From a bacterium (GTDB lineage Bacteria > Zixibacteria > MSB-5A5 > CAIYYT01), in assembly GCA_016708315.1 (NCBI GenBank), contig JADJGC010000004.1:2000-65999 (forward strand): a stretch of DNA of 64,000 nt, in the 5' to 3' direction. The notes beneath the pieces were generated by a model. The model was not told where the DNA came from, did no database searches, and saw only the letters and a list, made by a program, of their open reading frames with translations. Positions within the stretch are counted from its first letter, which is position 1. Each line of letters opens with the position of its first letter. This document shows, one piece after another, positions 1 through 8,348 of the stretch. A program made the position numbers and the translations under genes.

Positions 1-2
1 AC

Positions 3-896
3 AACGTGCATTGGTACAAGTGGCGCAAAATTGCTTCGGGAAGCGAGTGGGGTGTCTTCGGGGTGACAACGTTTGGCCCGCAGATTGCTTGTGTTGACAG
101 TGACTCCGACGGATACGGAGATCCAGAGCAGGCCGGCAATCAGTGTCCTGACGATAACTGCCCGGCAATTGCCAATTCTGACCAGGGCGATGTCGATGGC
201 GACTTGCTGGGCAACTCCTGCGATCCTGACGCCGACGCCGACGCAATCGCCAATGCTCTCGACAACTGCTGGTTAGTGAGCAATCCCGAACAGGAGGATA
301 CGGATGCTGACTCGGTCGGCAACCTGTGTGACAATTGTCCAAACGTTGGCAATTCTCAACAGCGCGATGAAGACTATGATGGCGTGGGCGACCTCTGTGA
401 CGGCAAGCTCCACATCTATTCTCGGTCCTGTCCCGACGCATATCTTGGAAAACCTTACTACTTCCAACTCGATGGCGCCGGCGGAGTCTATCCGTTAACA
501 TGGACTTTCTTGGGCGGGGATTTGCCATTCGGAACTTCGTTCACAGGTCCGGGAGGAACTATTAGCGGTACGCCGACTTACAAAGCCATTTACTACTTCA
601 CGGTCGAGTTATCCGATTCCGACAACCCAGCCCGACGCTCGACGTTAAACACTTCCATTCTCGTTACTGATCCTCCGCCCCCACCACGGCCATGCGGTGA
701 TGCCGACAACAATCTGCAAGTTACGATCTCTGATGCTGTATACCAAATCAGCTACGTCTTCTCCGGAGGTCCGGCGCCAACGCCGTTGCAATACGGCGAC
801 ACCAACTGCAGCGGACAGGTTAGTATCTCGGATGCGGTATACTTGATAAATTACATTTTTGCCGGCGGACCTATTCCTTGCGCTGCATGTCCATAA
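3..896 (+). CDS. secreted protein, 5-prime end outside window: thrombospondin-type-3-like Ca-binding repeats + Ig-like domain + C-terminal double dockerin-like repeat ending PCAACP
   Basis: The frame is open from the window edge to a stop at 894-896. It carries Asp-rich repeats (DSDSDGYGD, DVDGDLLGNSCD, DTDADSVGNLCDNC, DEDYDGVGDLCD), an Ig-like segment (YPLTWTFLGGDLPFG..GTISGTPT), a PPPPP linker, and two dockerin-like EF-hand repeats (GDADNNLQVTISDAVYQISYVF and DTNCSGQVSISDAVYLINYIF). Confidence 0.8.
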   Translation, partial: NVHWYKWRKIASGSEWGVFGVTTFGPQIACVDSDSDGYGDPEQAGNQCPDDNCPAIANSDQGDVDGDLLGNSCDPDADADAIANALDNCWLVSNPEQEDTDADSVGNLCDNCPNVGNSQQRDEDYDGVGDLCDGKLHIYSRSCPDAYLGKPYYFQLDGAGGVYPLTWTFLGGDLPFGTSFTGPGGTISGTPTYKAIYYFTVELSDSDNPARRSTLNTSILVTDPPPPPRPCGDADNNLQVTISDAVYQISYVFSGGPAPTPLQYGDTNCSGQVSISDAVYLINYIFAGGPIPCAACP

Positions 897-1063
897 GCAG
901 AAATTGTGCTTCGATCGAACAATGGCCGCAATTGTCATCTATTGGCAAATCGCTTGATTTTGGGAGGCTTTTGTCGATTTTAGGATCAAACCGAACATTA
1001 CATCGTTAGCGCCTGCAATTGTGTCTTTTACACCTATGTTTCAACTGATTCCGGAGGAGTATC

Positions 1064-2668
1064 ATGTCTTCCTTACTATCCTTGCTCAACCTTGTTAAGT
1101 CCGTGGCATTACTGGTCTGCTTATTGACATCAGTGGCGCAAGCCAGCGTCCCCAGTTCCTTCACGTACCAAGGACGACTGACTGATGCTGCCGGCACAGC
1201 GCTTAATGAAGTTGTTGCACTGACATTTGGCATCTACTCTGATTCGCTCGGCACAAAGCTAATCTGGAGTGAGATGCATCCGACAGTAACCGTTACAGAA
1301 GGACTGTTCACAATAGTGTTAGGGCAGGCGAATCCACTGACCGTAGCAGTGTTTGATGGGAGTATTCGGTGGATTGGCGTCAGTATTGATGGCGAGGCGG
1401 AACTGCGACCGTTGCGGCCGCTGTTGAGTGTACCCGGGGCGTTTCAGGCAATCGAGTCTGATACTGCCGGGCACGCAAAGACAATAGCGGACAACTCTGT
1501 CACCACAAGTAAGATCGCTAATGGTACGATCGCATTTACCGACATCGGCCAGAATGGCGCGACGAGCGGACAGGTCATGAAGTGGAACGGATCGAACTGG
1601 GCGGCTGCCGCGGACGCGGTCAGCAGTAATACTTCGGGCTGGACCGATAATGGCACGGTGGTGAGCTTAACAAATCCGATTGATACTGTTGCCCTCAATA
1701 CGAGTTCACGCCTGGGCAAATTGAACTTCAGCGGCGATCTGGGGATGTCAGGTCAATCAGCGATCTACTTCGGTTCCGCTAATGCGCGACTGGAATCACT
1801 GGTCGGCAATGACATGAAGTGGGTTGGCGCCGACTTGAGTTTGCTATCGACGGAGAGTGTTTACTTCACGGAACTCGGTGTTGATACATGGGCAGAGTTT
1901 GACAATGTCAACCGGAGGGTTGGAATCGGCACGATCAACCCGGATGACAGGCTTCATATAGAGAATTCCGAGGCGGGCACTTGCTGGTTAAAGATCCAGG
2001 GTTCACATCCGACCAATTGGGGGCAGACGGGCTTAAGGATTCAGACCCCGGCAAACACCTGGCATTTGCGGCAGGATCTCTACACCCATGCAAATTTCCC
2101 GGAAGGTGCGTTGTCGCTCTACTCCTCGGCGATGAGCGAGGAGGCGATGACTTGGTTAGAAAATGGTAATGTCGGGATCGGCACAGCCAACCCGACGCGA
2201 AAACTGCAAGTAGATGGCAGCATTCAAGTCGATGACACGCTTTATGCCGGTGCGATCAAGCCGTCGTTGATGGCGGCGTCGAGGTTACCGGACGAGGCGG
2301 GATTTGCAACGAGCTTCTTCTTCTCCCCGGCTAAAACCATCACCTCGGATCCGCATACAGTGCTCACGGCAGAGATTGTTGTCCCAGCCAGTGGCTATGT
2401 GCTTGGAGTAGGTTTCTGCGAGTTTCAAATTGACCATACATGGGGAGACGTTGACGAGGTATACGCCTCAATAGTCGAGGACACAACGTACTACTGGGTA
2501 TCAACGGCCTTTGGATATGACGACGACGTCGAAAGCGGCAACTTTAAGGTAACAGCCTCACCAAATTCTGTCTTTTGGGTTTCGGAGCAGGATCACACAC
2601 ATTTCGCATTATGGCGTCCAAATGGTGACCTGCGGTTACCAAATCAGCCAGAGCCAGCCTTGTCTTAA
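1064..2668 (+). CDS. secreted tail-fibre-like / adhesin-like protein (paralogue of 42474-43706); C-terminal coiled-coil tail appears detached (see findings)
   Basis: This is a 534-aa ORF with GGAGGAG just upstream and a signal peptide. The N-terminal motif FTYQGRLTDAAG..LTFGIY is shared with the 42474 protein. It has repeated VGIGT-x-NP-x-x-(R/K)L motifs (RRVGIGTINPDDRLHI, NVGIGTANPTRKLQVDG) typical of tail-fibre-like proteins. Confidence 0.75.
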   Translation: MSSLLSLLNLVKSVALLVCLLTSVAQASVPSSFTYQGRLTDAAGTALNEVVALTFGIYSDSLGTKLIWSEMHPTVTVTEGLFTIVLGQANPLTVAVFDGSIRWIGVSIDGEAELRPLRPLLSVPGAFQAIESDTAGHAKTIADNSVTTSKIANGTIAFTDIGQNGATSGQVMKWNGSNWAAAADAVSSNTSGWTDNGTVVSLTNPIDTVALNTSSRLGKLNFSGDLGMSGQSAIYFGSANARLESLVGNDMKWVGADLSLLSTESVYFTELGVDTWAEFDNVNRRVGIGTINPDDRLHIENSEAGTCWLKIQGSHPTNWGQTGLRIQTPANTWHLRQDLYTHANFPEGALSLYSSAMSEEAMTWLENGNVGIGTANPTRKLQVDGSIQVDDTLYAGAIKPSLMAASRLPDEAGFATSFFFSPAKTITSDPHTVLTAEIVVPASGYVLGVGFCEFQIDHTWGDVDEVYASIVEDTTYYWVSTAFGYDDDVESGNFKVTASPNSVFWVSEQDHTHFALWRPNGDLRLPNQPEPALS

Positions 2669-2915
2669 ACTATAGCCCAACTTATTACGGAACCTTCAAA
2701 AGCCCTGAAGAGTCGAATAAGGCAAATGACCACTTCGATCCGAGTAATAGTGCCCGATCCGCGGACACAATGTCCGGGAACGGCTGCCCGATTGACGGAG
2801 CAGATTAACACTCTTAAATCTGAAGTGGAAGCTCTCAAGGCACAAATGGCAGCGGCGAAGAAATGATCCTCGCCGCTCGACCATTCGCGATTGGGAATGG
2901 TGTAGTCGGTTGGAG

Positions 2916-3437
2916 TTAGACTACCGGAGTGGGCATTCCGTAGTTGCCCCATTCTTCGAGCGAGGGGCCGTAGATTCCCGGAATCTTCAAACCCGCTTGA
3001 CGCATTAATACTGTCATCTGACCGCGATGATGGACCTCGTGGCCGATCAGGACAAAGAGGGTGAAACTGCGCGTCCAGATTGAGCCGTACATGTCATCCT
3101 CCTGGAGGAGGGTTTCGTCTTTCCAGTTCGCCTTGATTGTCGCCAAGAGCGAGGTTGCGGCTTTGTCGTACGCCTGCTGGATGGCAGCGGCGCTGGTGGG
3201 AACCGGAGCGTGTTCATCGGGTGCGTCGATCTTCATGCCAAGGCGGGTCGGCATCTCGCCCATAGTCTGGATGATATGCCAAGCCATCCGGCCTAAGGTG
3301 CGGTGGTCTTTGGCTACGGACTGATTTAGCGAGGCGTCGGTAAGTGCCCCAAGAATTTTCCGAGTCGCTGTTGTTTCGTTATTCCACCATTTTTCGAAGT
3401 CTGCGATTGTGCGAATCAGCACGAAGCCTTCTGACAT
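2916..3437 (-). CDS. DinB-family (DinB/YfiT-like) metal-dependent protein
   Basis: This is a 173-aa ORF with a DinB-superfamily pattern, including HIIQTMGEM and HEVHHRGQMTVLMRQAG near the C-terminus. Confidence 0.75.
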   Translation of the reverse strand: MSEGFVLIRTIADFEKWWNNETTATRKILGALTDASLNQSVAKDHRTLGRMAWHIIQTMGEMPTRLGMKIDAPDEHAPVPTSAAAIQQAYDKAATSLLATIKANWKDETLLQEDDMYGSIWTRSFTLFVLIGHEVHHRGQMTVLMRQAGLKIPGIYGPSLEEWGNYGMPTPVV

Positions 3438-3589
3438 AATGTCTCCTTGACGACTCTCAGTCGCTACGGTCTATAGGTTCAGCAAATATCTTTGGGTAAA
3501 ATGGACATTAGGCGGCTTGTCGTCAATCACATTTCTGGGGCATAGGTTTTCGGTTGCGCGGAGGCTGTGCGAGGAATATATTCTCGTCA

Positions 3590-3674
3590 GGAGAGTTGGC
3601 AGAGCGGTCTAATGCGGCGGTCTTGAAAACCGTTGTCCTGCAAGGGACCGGGGGTTCGAATCCCTCACTCTCCG
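3590..3674 (+). tRNA. tRNA-Ser (anticodon TGA)
   Basis: The cloverleaf is readable by eye: acceptor GGAGAGT/ACTCTCC plus discriminator G, anticodon loop CT-TGA-AA, a long variable arm, and T-loop GGTTCGAATCC. CCA is not encoded. Confidence 0.93.
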
Positions 3675-4222
3675 TATTTATATTGCACTCCGACCGCGCA
3701 GAATCTTGACATCTAATTTACTGCCGACATTGTTCTCTCCAATAATCGTAGTTTTCCAAGTATGTCAAATTTAGAGCCGAACAATGCGGAATGTCAGGCA
3801 CCGGACCATCCTAACTTCCTATTGAGCCACCTTAAGCCCTAGACAATCTCGATAGCACGTATCGTAATTCAAGCACCGGATTCAGTGTTTTGCTGACAGC
3901 GAACAGGCCATCGAACGTGGACAAGAGCAGTGTCGTTTCGGTATGGCACGAGTTTCTCCAACAATCGCTGCCGGATCGAATGGCAGATTCGCAGAATGAA
4001 GATTGTGTGCGAATTTCCTGATAACATGGACTCGCTAGTTTAAGTTTTGTATCTCGCAGCCGAACCAAGTTGATATGTCACGCGCAGATGACTGCGAGTG
4101 CCTCGACTTAAGCGATCAGTGCATCTGTATCATTACACACCCAGGGCCTCCTAGAATGCAATGCGATCGTCCAAGGTTGACGGATAAAGAATATATCTCG
4201 AGGAAGGGAGCCTCTTAATCAT

Positions 4223-5200
4223 ATGATGCAAGACTTGACGTTAGCAGCCAGGGCGTGCCGTTGTCCGGGCGATTCGAGAAACGGTTGCGGTAGTAGGAAA
4301 GAGAAATCTACTCGATTGGCCGGTCTAATCGTTACAATATGTCTGTTGGTTCTCTCCACGGTTTTCGAGACGGCAACAGCCGAAAGGCCTGAGCGAGGTG
4401 ATAATGCGGCGCTTGATCTGACCGAATTGAGTCTCGAGGACTTGATGAACGTTGAAGTTTCATCGGTGTCAAAGAAATCCGAACCGATTTCGGAAGCGGC
4501 TGCCGCTATCTATGTCCTGACAGCCGAAGATATACGCAAGTCTGGTGCCATGTCGATACCTGATGCACTAAGGATGGTGCCGGGCGTACAGGTAGCACAG
4601 ATTGATGCAAACAAATGGGCGGTGACGGCACGCGGGTTCAATGGGAGCTTTGCCAACAAGCTCTTGGTCCTGGTTGACGGTCGGTCAGTATACACGCCCT
4701 TGTACTCCGGGGTCTACTGGAATGTCCAGGATGTGTTACTTGAAGATATCGATCGCATCGAGGTCATCCGTGGTCCCGGCGCAACTCTTTGGGGTGCCAA
4801 TGCCGTCAATGGGGTCATTAATATCCTGACGAAGTCGGCTGCAGAAACGAAGGGCGTGTTCGTCAGCGGTGGTTCAGGATCGTATGACCGCGCCAACGGG
4901 GAAATTCGATATGGAAGATCCCTTAAGGGAAACGGCGCATTTCGCGCCTACGGCAAATGGTTTGAAAAAGACGGGTTTGATGATGCATCAGGCAAATCGA
5001 CGCTAGACGCCTGGAAGATGCTCCGCGGCGGTCTGCGTGCGGATTGGGAACTCGGCTCCAATTCCAATCTGACCCTGCAGGGTGATGCTTATGATGGTGA
5101 AGCCAACACTGTCTATCACTTGCCCAGCATTTCATTTCCTTATTCGCAAACCCTGCATTCGGTTGCTCCGCTACGGGGACGAATACTCTGGCGCGCCTGA
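4223..5200 (+). CDS. TonB-dependent receptor, fragment 1 of 3 (signal region + plug domain); gene interrupted by frameshifts
   Basis: Plug-domain motifs are present: DLMNVEVSSVSKK, IPDALRMVPGVQV, ARGFN, LVLVDGRSVY, IDRIEVIRGPGATLWGANAVNGVINI. The homologous reading continues in another frame from about 5165. Confidence 0.8.
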   Translation: MMQDLTLAARACRCPGDSRNGCGSRKEKSTRLAGLIVTICLLVLSTVFETATAERPERGDNAALDLTELSLEDLMNVEVSSVSKKSEPISEAAAAIYVLTAEDIRKSGAMSIPDALRMVPGVQVAQIDANKWAVTARGFNGSFANKLLVLVDGRSVYTPLYSGVYWNVQDVLLEDIDRIEVIRGPGATLWGANAVNGVINILTKSAAETKGVFVSGGSGSYDRANGEIRYGRSLKGNGAFRAYGKWFEKDGFDDASGKSTLDAWKMLRGGLRADWELGSNSNLTLQGDAYDGEANTVYHLPSISFPYSQTLHSVAPLRGRILWRA

Positions 5201-5238
5201 CCACAGGGCAGCCTGATCAATCAACATGGACATTCCAA

Positions 5239-5571
5239 ATGTACCACGATTGGTATGAGCGACATGATCGTTTCATTGGAGAGTCCCGGCACACCTACGA
5301 CATCGACGTTCAGCACAATTGGACATTGTCCCGTCGATTCAATCTGACGTCTGGTGTCGGATACCGCCGCAGTACGGATAATGTAGACTCAACCGATTTT
5401 TCCGGAGTCGAAGATCCGAGCCGTAGTTCAAACCTGTTCAGTGCTTTTGCGCAGACCACAGCACTGCTGATTCATAATCGAGTTCAACTTACATTCGGTT
5501 CGAAGCTTGAGCACAACGACTACACGGGCTACGAGTTTCAGCCCAGTCTTGTTTGTTTGGGCGCTCAGTGA
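5239..5571 (+). CDS. TonB-dependent receptor, fragment 2 of 3 (barrel)
   Basis: This frame-1 segment is open from about 5134 and reads ..LARLTTGQPDQSTWTFQMYHDWYERHDRF..TYDIDVQHNW..GSKLEHNDYTGYEFQPS, which is typical TBDR barrel sequence. Confidence 0.65.
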   Translation: MYHDWYERHDRFIGESRHTYDIDVQHNWTLSRRFNLTSGVGYRRSTDNVDSTDFSGVEDPSRSSNLFSAFAQTTALLIHNRVQLTFGSKLEHNDYTGYEFQPSLVCLGAQ

Positions 5572-6331
5572 GCGCCATTCGGTTTGGTCATCAGTATCGC
5601 GGGCGATACGTACTCCTTCACGCGGAGAGAACGATGGGCGTGCCTGGCTGTACGTTGTTCCACCGCTTACAACGGCCAATCCTACAGACCTGGCGATGAA
5701 GGTTGAATACCAGGGGTCACCAGAATTCAAGAGTGAGACTCTGGTCAGTTATGAGTCCGGCTATCGTGGAAATCTGACAAACCGATTCTGGATTGATGCA
5801 GCAGCATATTACAACATTTACGATGGCATCATTATGGGCCAAGTGGGTCAGCCCGTACCTCCTGATGCGCAGCACCCTTATATCACAATTCCATTTAGAC
5901 CATATAATGGTGGCAGTGTAAAGTCATACGGCATGGAGATTACCGCCGACTTCCAACTGTCTCCATCGATTCGAACCAAGATGGCCTACTCCTATGGCCA
6001 CGGTGAGAAGCTAAAGGCGGTTTCCGAGATAAGCGCAGGATCCTTCTATCTGCCGCGCCATCAACTTAGCCTGCAACTAAACACCAGCCCAGCCCGTTGG
6101 ATCGAGCTCGGATATTGGATCCGTTTTGTGGACGAGATTGCCGAAGGGCCGGTTCCGAGTTACTGGACGCTAGATTCGCGGCTGGCAATCAGCTTAACCA
6201 AGCAGCTAGAATTCGCACTGATCGGCAAAGATCTGCTTGAAAAACAACATCAGGAGTTTCAATCGGATCTGAACAACGTGTATTCAGAACCCGAACGAAG
6301 AATTGTCGGATCACTTACCTGGAGATACTAG
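5507..6331 (+). CDS. TonB-dependent receptor, fragment 3 of 3 (C-terminal barrel)
   Basis: The reading returns to the frame of fragment 1 near 5555. It contains WSSVSRAIRTPSRGE and ends in the aromatic terminal residue expected of TBDRs (..GSLTWRY). Confidence 0.75.
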   Translation: MSTTTTRATSFSPVLFVWALSERHSVWSSVSRAIRTPSRGENDGRAWLYVVPPLTTANPTDLAMKVEYQGSPEFKSETLVSYESGYRGNLTNRFWIDAAAYYNIYDGIIMGQVGQPVPPDAQHPYITIPFRPYNGGSVKSYGMEITADFQLSPSIRTKMAYSYGHGEKLKAVSEISAGSFYLPRHQLSLQLNTSPARWIELGYWIRFVDEIAEGPVPSYWTLDSRLAISLTKQLEFALIGKDLLEKQHQEFQSDLNNVYSEPERRIVGSLTWRY

Positions 6332-6429
6332 CTTCATGCATAGATTCTGGCTTTGGCTCGCAACGGTGTTACTGTTGTCTGGAGTCAGTCAAGGTAACAT
6401 CGGCGCAGGAGAAAGCCTCCGAGACCGAC

Positions 6430-6867
6430 GTGAAAGCGGCGTTCCTTTATAACTTCGCGAAATTCGTTGAGTGGCCGAATTCGCCAAATCGTACACTGGA
6501 CTCCACGTTTCGCATCGGAGTAGCAGGCAGAACTGCGATCAATAAGGCTATCAAGGCTGCTGTTGATAACAAACAAGTAGCAGGCCGACGTGTTGAGATC
6601 GTTGAGTCCGATGATGCCAAGGAGCTGCTTGACTGCAACATTGTATTCATCAATTCCTCTTCGCCTACCACGATGGAGGCTATGCTGACTGCCCTGCGCG
6701 GACATCCAGTTCTCACGGTGAGCGAGCATGAAGAGTTCATTTCCTACGGTGGGATGATTCGGTTCTTTGTCGCAGACGGAAAAGTTCGTTTCGAGATATC
6801 ACCGAAAAGGCGCGCGAGAGAGGCTCAATATCAGCTCAAAGTTGTTGAAACTGGCAGTAATAGCTGA
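6430..6867 (+). CDS. YfiR-like periplasmic protein (DUF4154 family), N-terminal signal peptide in a different frame
   Basis: The KAAFLYNFAKFVEWP motif is characteristic of YfiR/DUF4154. A matching signal peptide, MHRFWLWLATVLLLSGVSQG, starts at ATG 6336 in another frame and stops at about 6450, implying a frameshift between about 6390 and 6430. Confidence 0.75.
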   Translation: MKAAFLYNFAKFVEWPNSPNRTLDSTFRIGVAGRTAINKAIKAAVDNKQVAGRRVEIVESDDAKELLDCNIVFINSSSPTTMEAMLTALRGHPVLTVSEHEEFISYGGMIRFFVADGKVRFEISPKRRAREAQYQLKVVETGSNS

Positions 6868-6883
6868 CAGTTACGGGGACTGA

Positions 6884-7726
6884 ATGATCCAAACATTCCT
6901 GAAAGACCTGACGATTCGCGGCAAGCTGATTGGAATCGTCATGATCAGCTCTGCTCTGGCGTTGTTACTCGTTGGAATCGCCTTCATCGCATACGATTAC
7001 TCGAGTGCAAGGGCGGATTTGTTTCGTTCGATGGCGACCTTGACCGATGTCATCGGAATCAACTGCACTGCGTCGGTGCAGTTTGATAACAGCAATGATA
7101 CAAAAGGCACGTTGGTCAGTTTGCTTGCTGAGCGGCAAGTAGTTTCGGCGGGTGTGTATTCTCGCACCGGCGAGATCTTTGCCTCCTTCCCCTCAGATGA
7201 TAGCCTTTGTCCGCGTGTGTTTCGTCTCGAAGATTCCACGACGCAGATCGCCAAAGACGGGTTACTCATCACTTCTCGTCCCATTAGACTGGATGACGAA
7301 CCGATCGGGTTCATAACGGTTCGCGCCGACATGCGTGAACTGTCGGCACGATTGAAGCGTGATTTCCTGATGGTGGGATTGCTTATCGTGCTGGCTCTGT
7401 TGTTTGCATTTCTCGTCGTCAGTCGTCTCCAACGAGTAATCTCCGAGCCGGTGTTGCATCTGACGTCGGTTGCTAAGGCGGTTTCAAGGGACAAAGACTA
7501 CTCGATTCGGGCCGTGCCCTCCGGAGCCGATGAGATCGGGTACTTGGTTGGTACATTCAACGAGATGCTCACACAAGTGCAGGATCGCGATCGGGAGTTG
7601 CTCGACGCACGAGATTTTCTGGAACAACGCGTGAGGAGCGGACTTCTGAATTGGAGTCGGAAATCACCGAACGAGTCCTGGCAGGATAAAATCACTGCCT
7701 CGTTGCGGGAAGGAAGTCCTGCTTAA
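6884..7726 (+). CDS. sensor histidine kinase, N-terminal part (TM - CHASE8-like sensor - TM - HAMP); gene interrupted by frameshifts
   Basis: The ORF has an N-terminal TM ([23 protein letters not shown]), an extracytoplasmic segment, a second TM ([19 protein letters not shown]), and HAMP ([29 protein letters not shown]). It sits next to TBDR and DUF4154 as in the conserved triad. Confidence 0.75.
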   Translation: [280 protein letters not shown]

Positions 7727-7772
7727 AGAAGTCCATCACCGCGTAAAGAATAATCTCCAGATTATAACCAGC

Positions 7773-8348
7773 TTGCTCAATTTACAGGCGGGCAAGATCA
7801 AAGATAAGAAACTCGAGGCAATGTTCCGCGATAGTCAGGGGAGGGTAAAGACAATGGCTTTGATTCATGAAAAGCTCTACCGCTCGGAGAATCTTAGCGA
7901 AGTCAATTTCCCGGACTACGTTGACAGTCTCACGAGTTACATGATGAGCACGGTCTCCGGTAATCGGGAGAGAGTCAACATCAGACGTGAGATTGACCCC
8001 ATTAATCTCGGCGTTGATGTTGCCATACCGTGCGGTCTGATTATCAATGAACTCGTCACAAATTCGCTGAAGTACGCCTTTCCGGACGGCAGGCGAGGGG
8101 AAATCACAATCCGTTGCCGTAAGTCGATGAATGCGACACTCATCCTGGAAGTTGCCGACGACGGAATTGGAATTCCGGATGTGGTTGATATTCAAAATAG
8201 CGGGACGTTGGGAATGCAGTTGGTCCATGGGCTGATCGGCCAGTTGGACGGAACGATCAAGATCGAACGAGAACGCGGCACCAGTTTCATTCTTGAATTC
8301 GCCGCTTCCCGGCGCGAGGAGAAAGAGAGACAACTTGTCAGCGCATAA
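7773..8348 (+). CDS. sensor histidine kinase, C-terminal part (HisKA_2-type H-box + HATPase_c)
   Basis: The same frame upstream of the first start codon encodes the H-box [21 protein letters not shown] from 7725. ATPase boxes are IINELVTNSLKYAF, DDGIGIP and GTLGMQLV. Confidence 0.8.
   Translation: MLNLQAGKIKDKKLEAMFRDSQGRVKTMALIHEKLYRSENLSEVNFPDYVDSLTSYMMSTVSGNRERVNIRREIDPINLGVDVAIPCGLIINELVTNSLKYAFPDGRRGEITIRCRKSMNATLILEVADDGIGIPDVVDIQNSGTLGMQLVHGLIGQLDGTIKIERERGTSFILEFAASRREEKERQLVSA

Noticed and set aside
2666-2668. The in-frame TAA as evidence for stop-codon reassignment or programmed read-through.
   Set aside because: TAA terminates conserved genes at their expected ends elsewhere in the window (for example secA at 35400-35402). 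The adjacent frame-1 text also fits a double frameshift better.
1064-2668. The tail-fibre-like genes (also 42474-43706) as prophage remnants.
   Set aside because: No capsid, terminase, portal, baseplate, integrase or lysis genes are nearby. Both proteins have Sec signal peptides and sit among cellular surface-protein genes.
3941-3956. TGGCACGAGTTTCTCC as a sigma-54 promoter for the TonB-receptor operon.
   Set aside because: The -24 half is good, but there is no TTG(C/A) at the -12 position, and the site lies about 280 nt from the first start codon.
3832-4068. A 78-aa minus-strand ORF in the gap after tRNA-Ser.
   Set aside because: It has no RBS and no recognisable motif, its composition is atypical, and it is the only ORF in an otherwise non-coding stretch.
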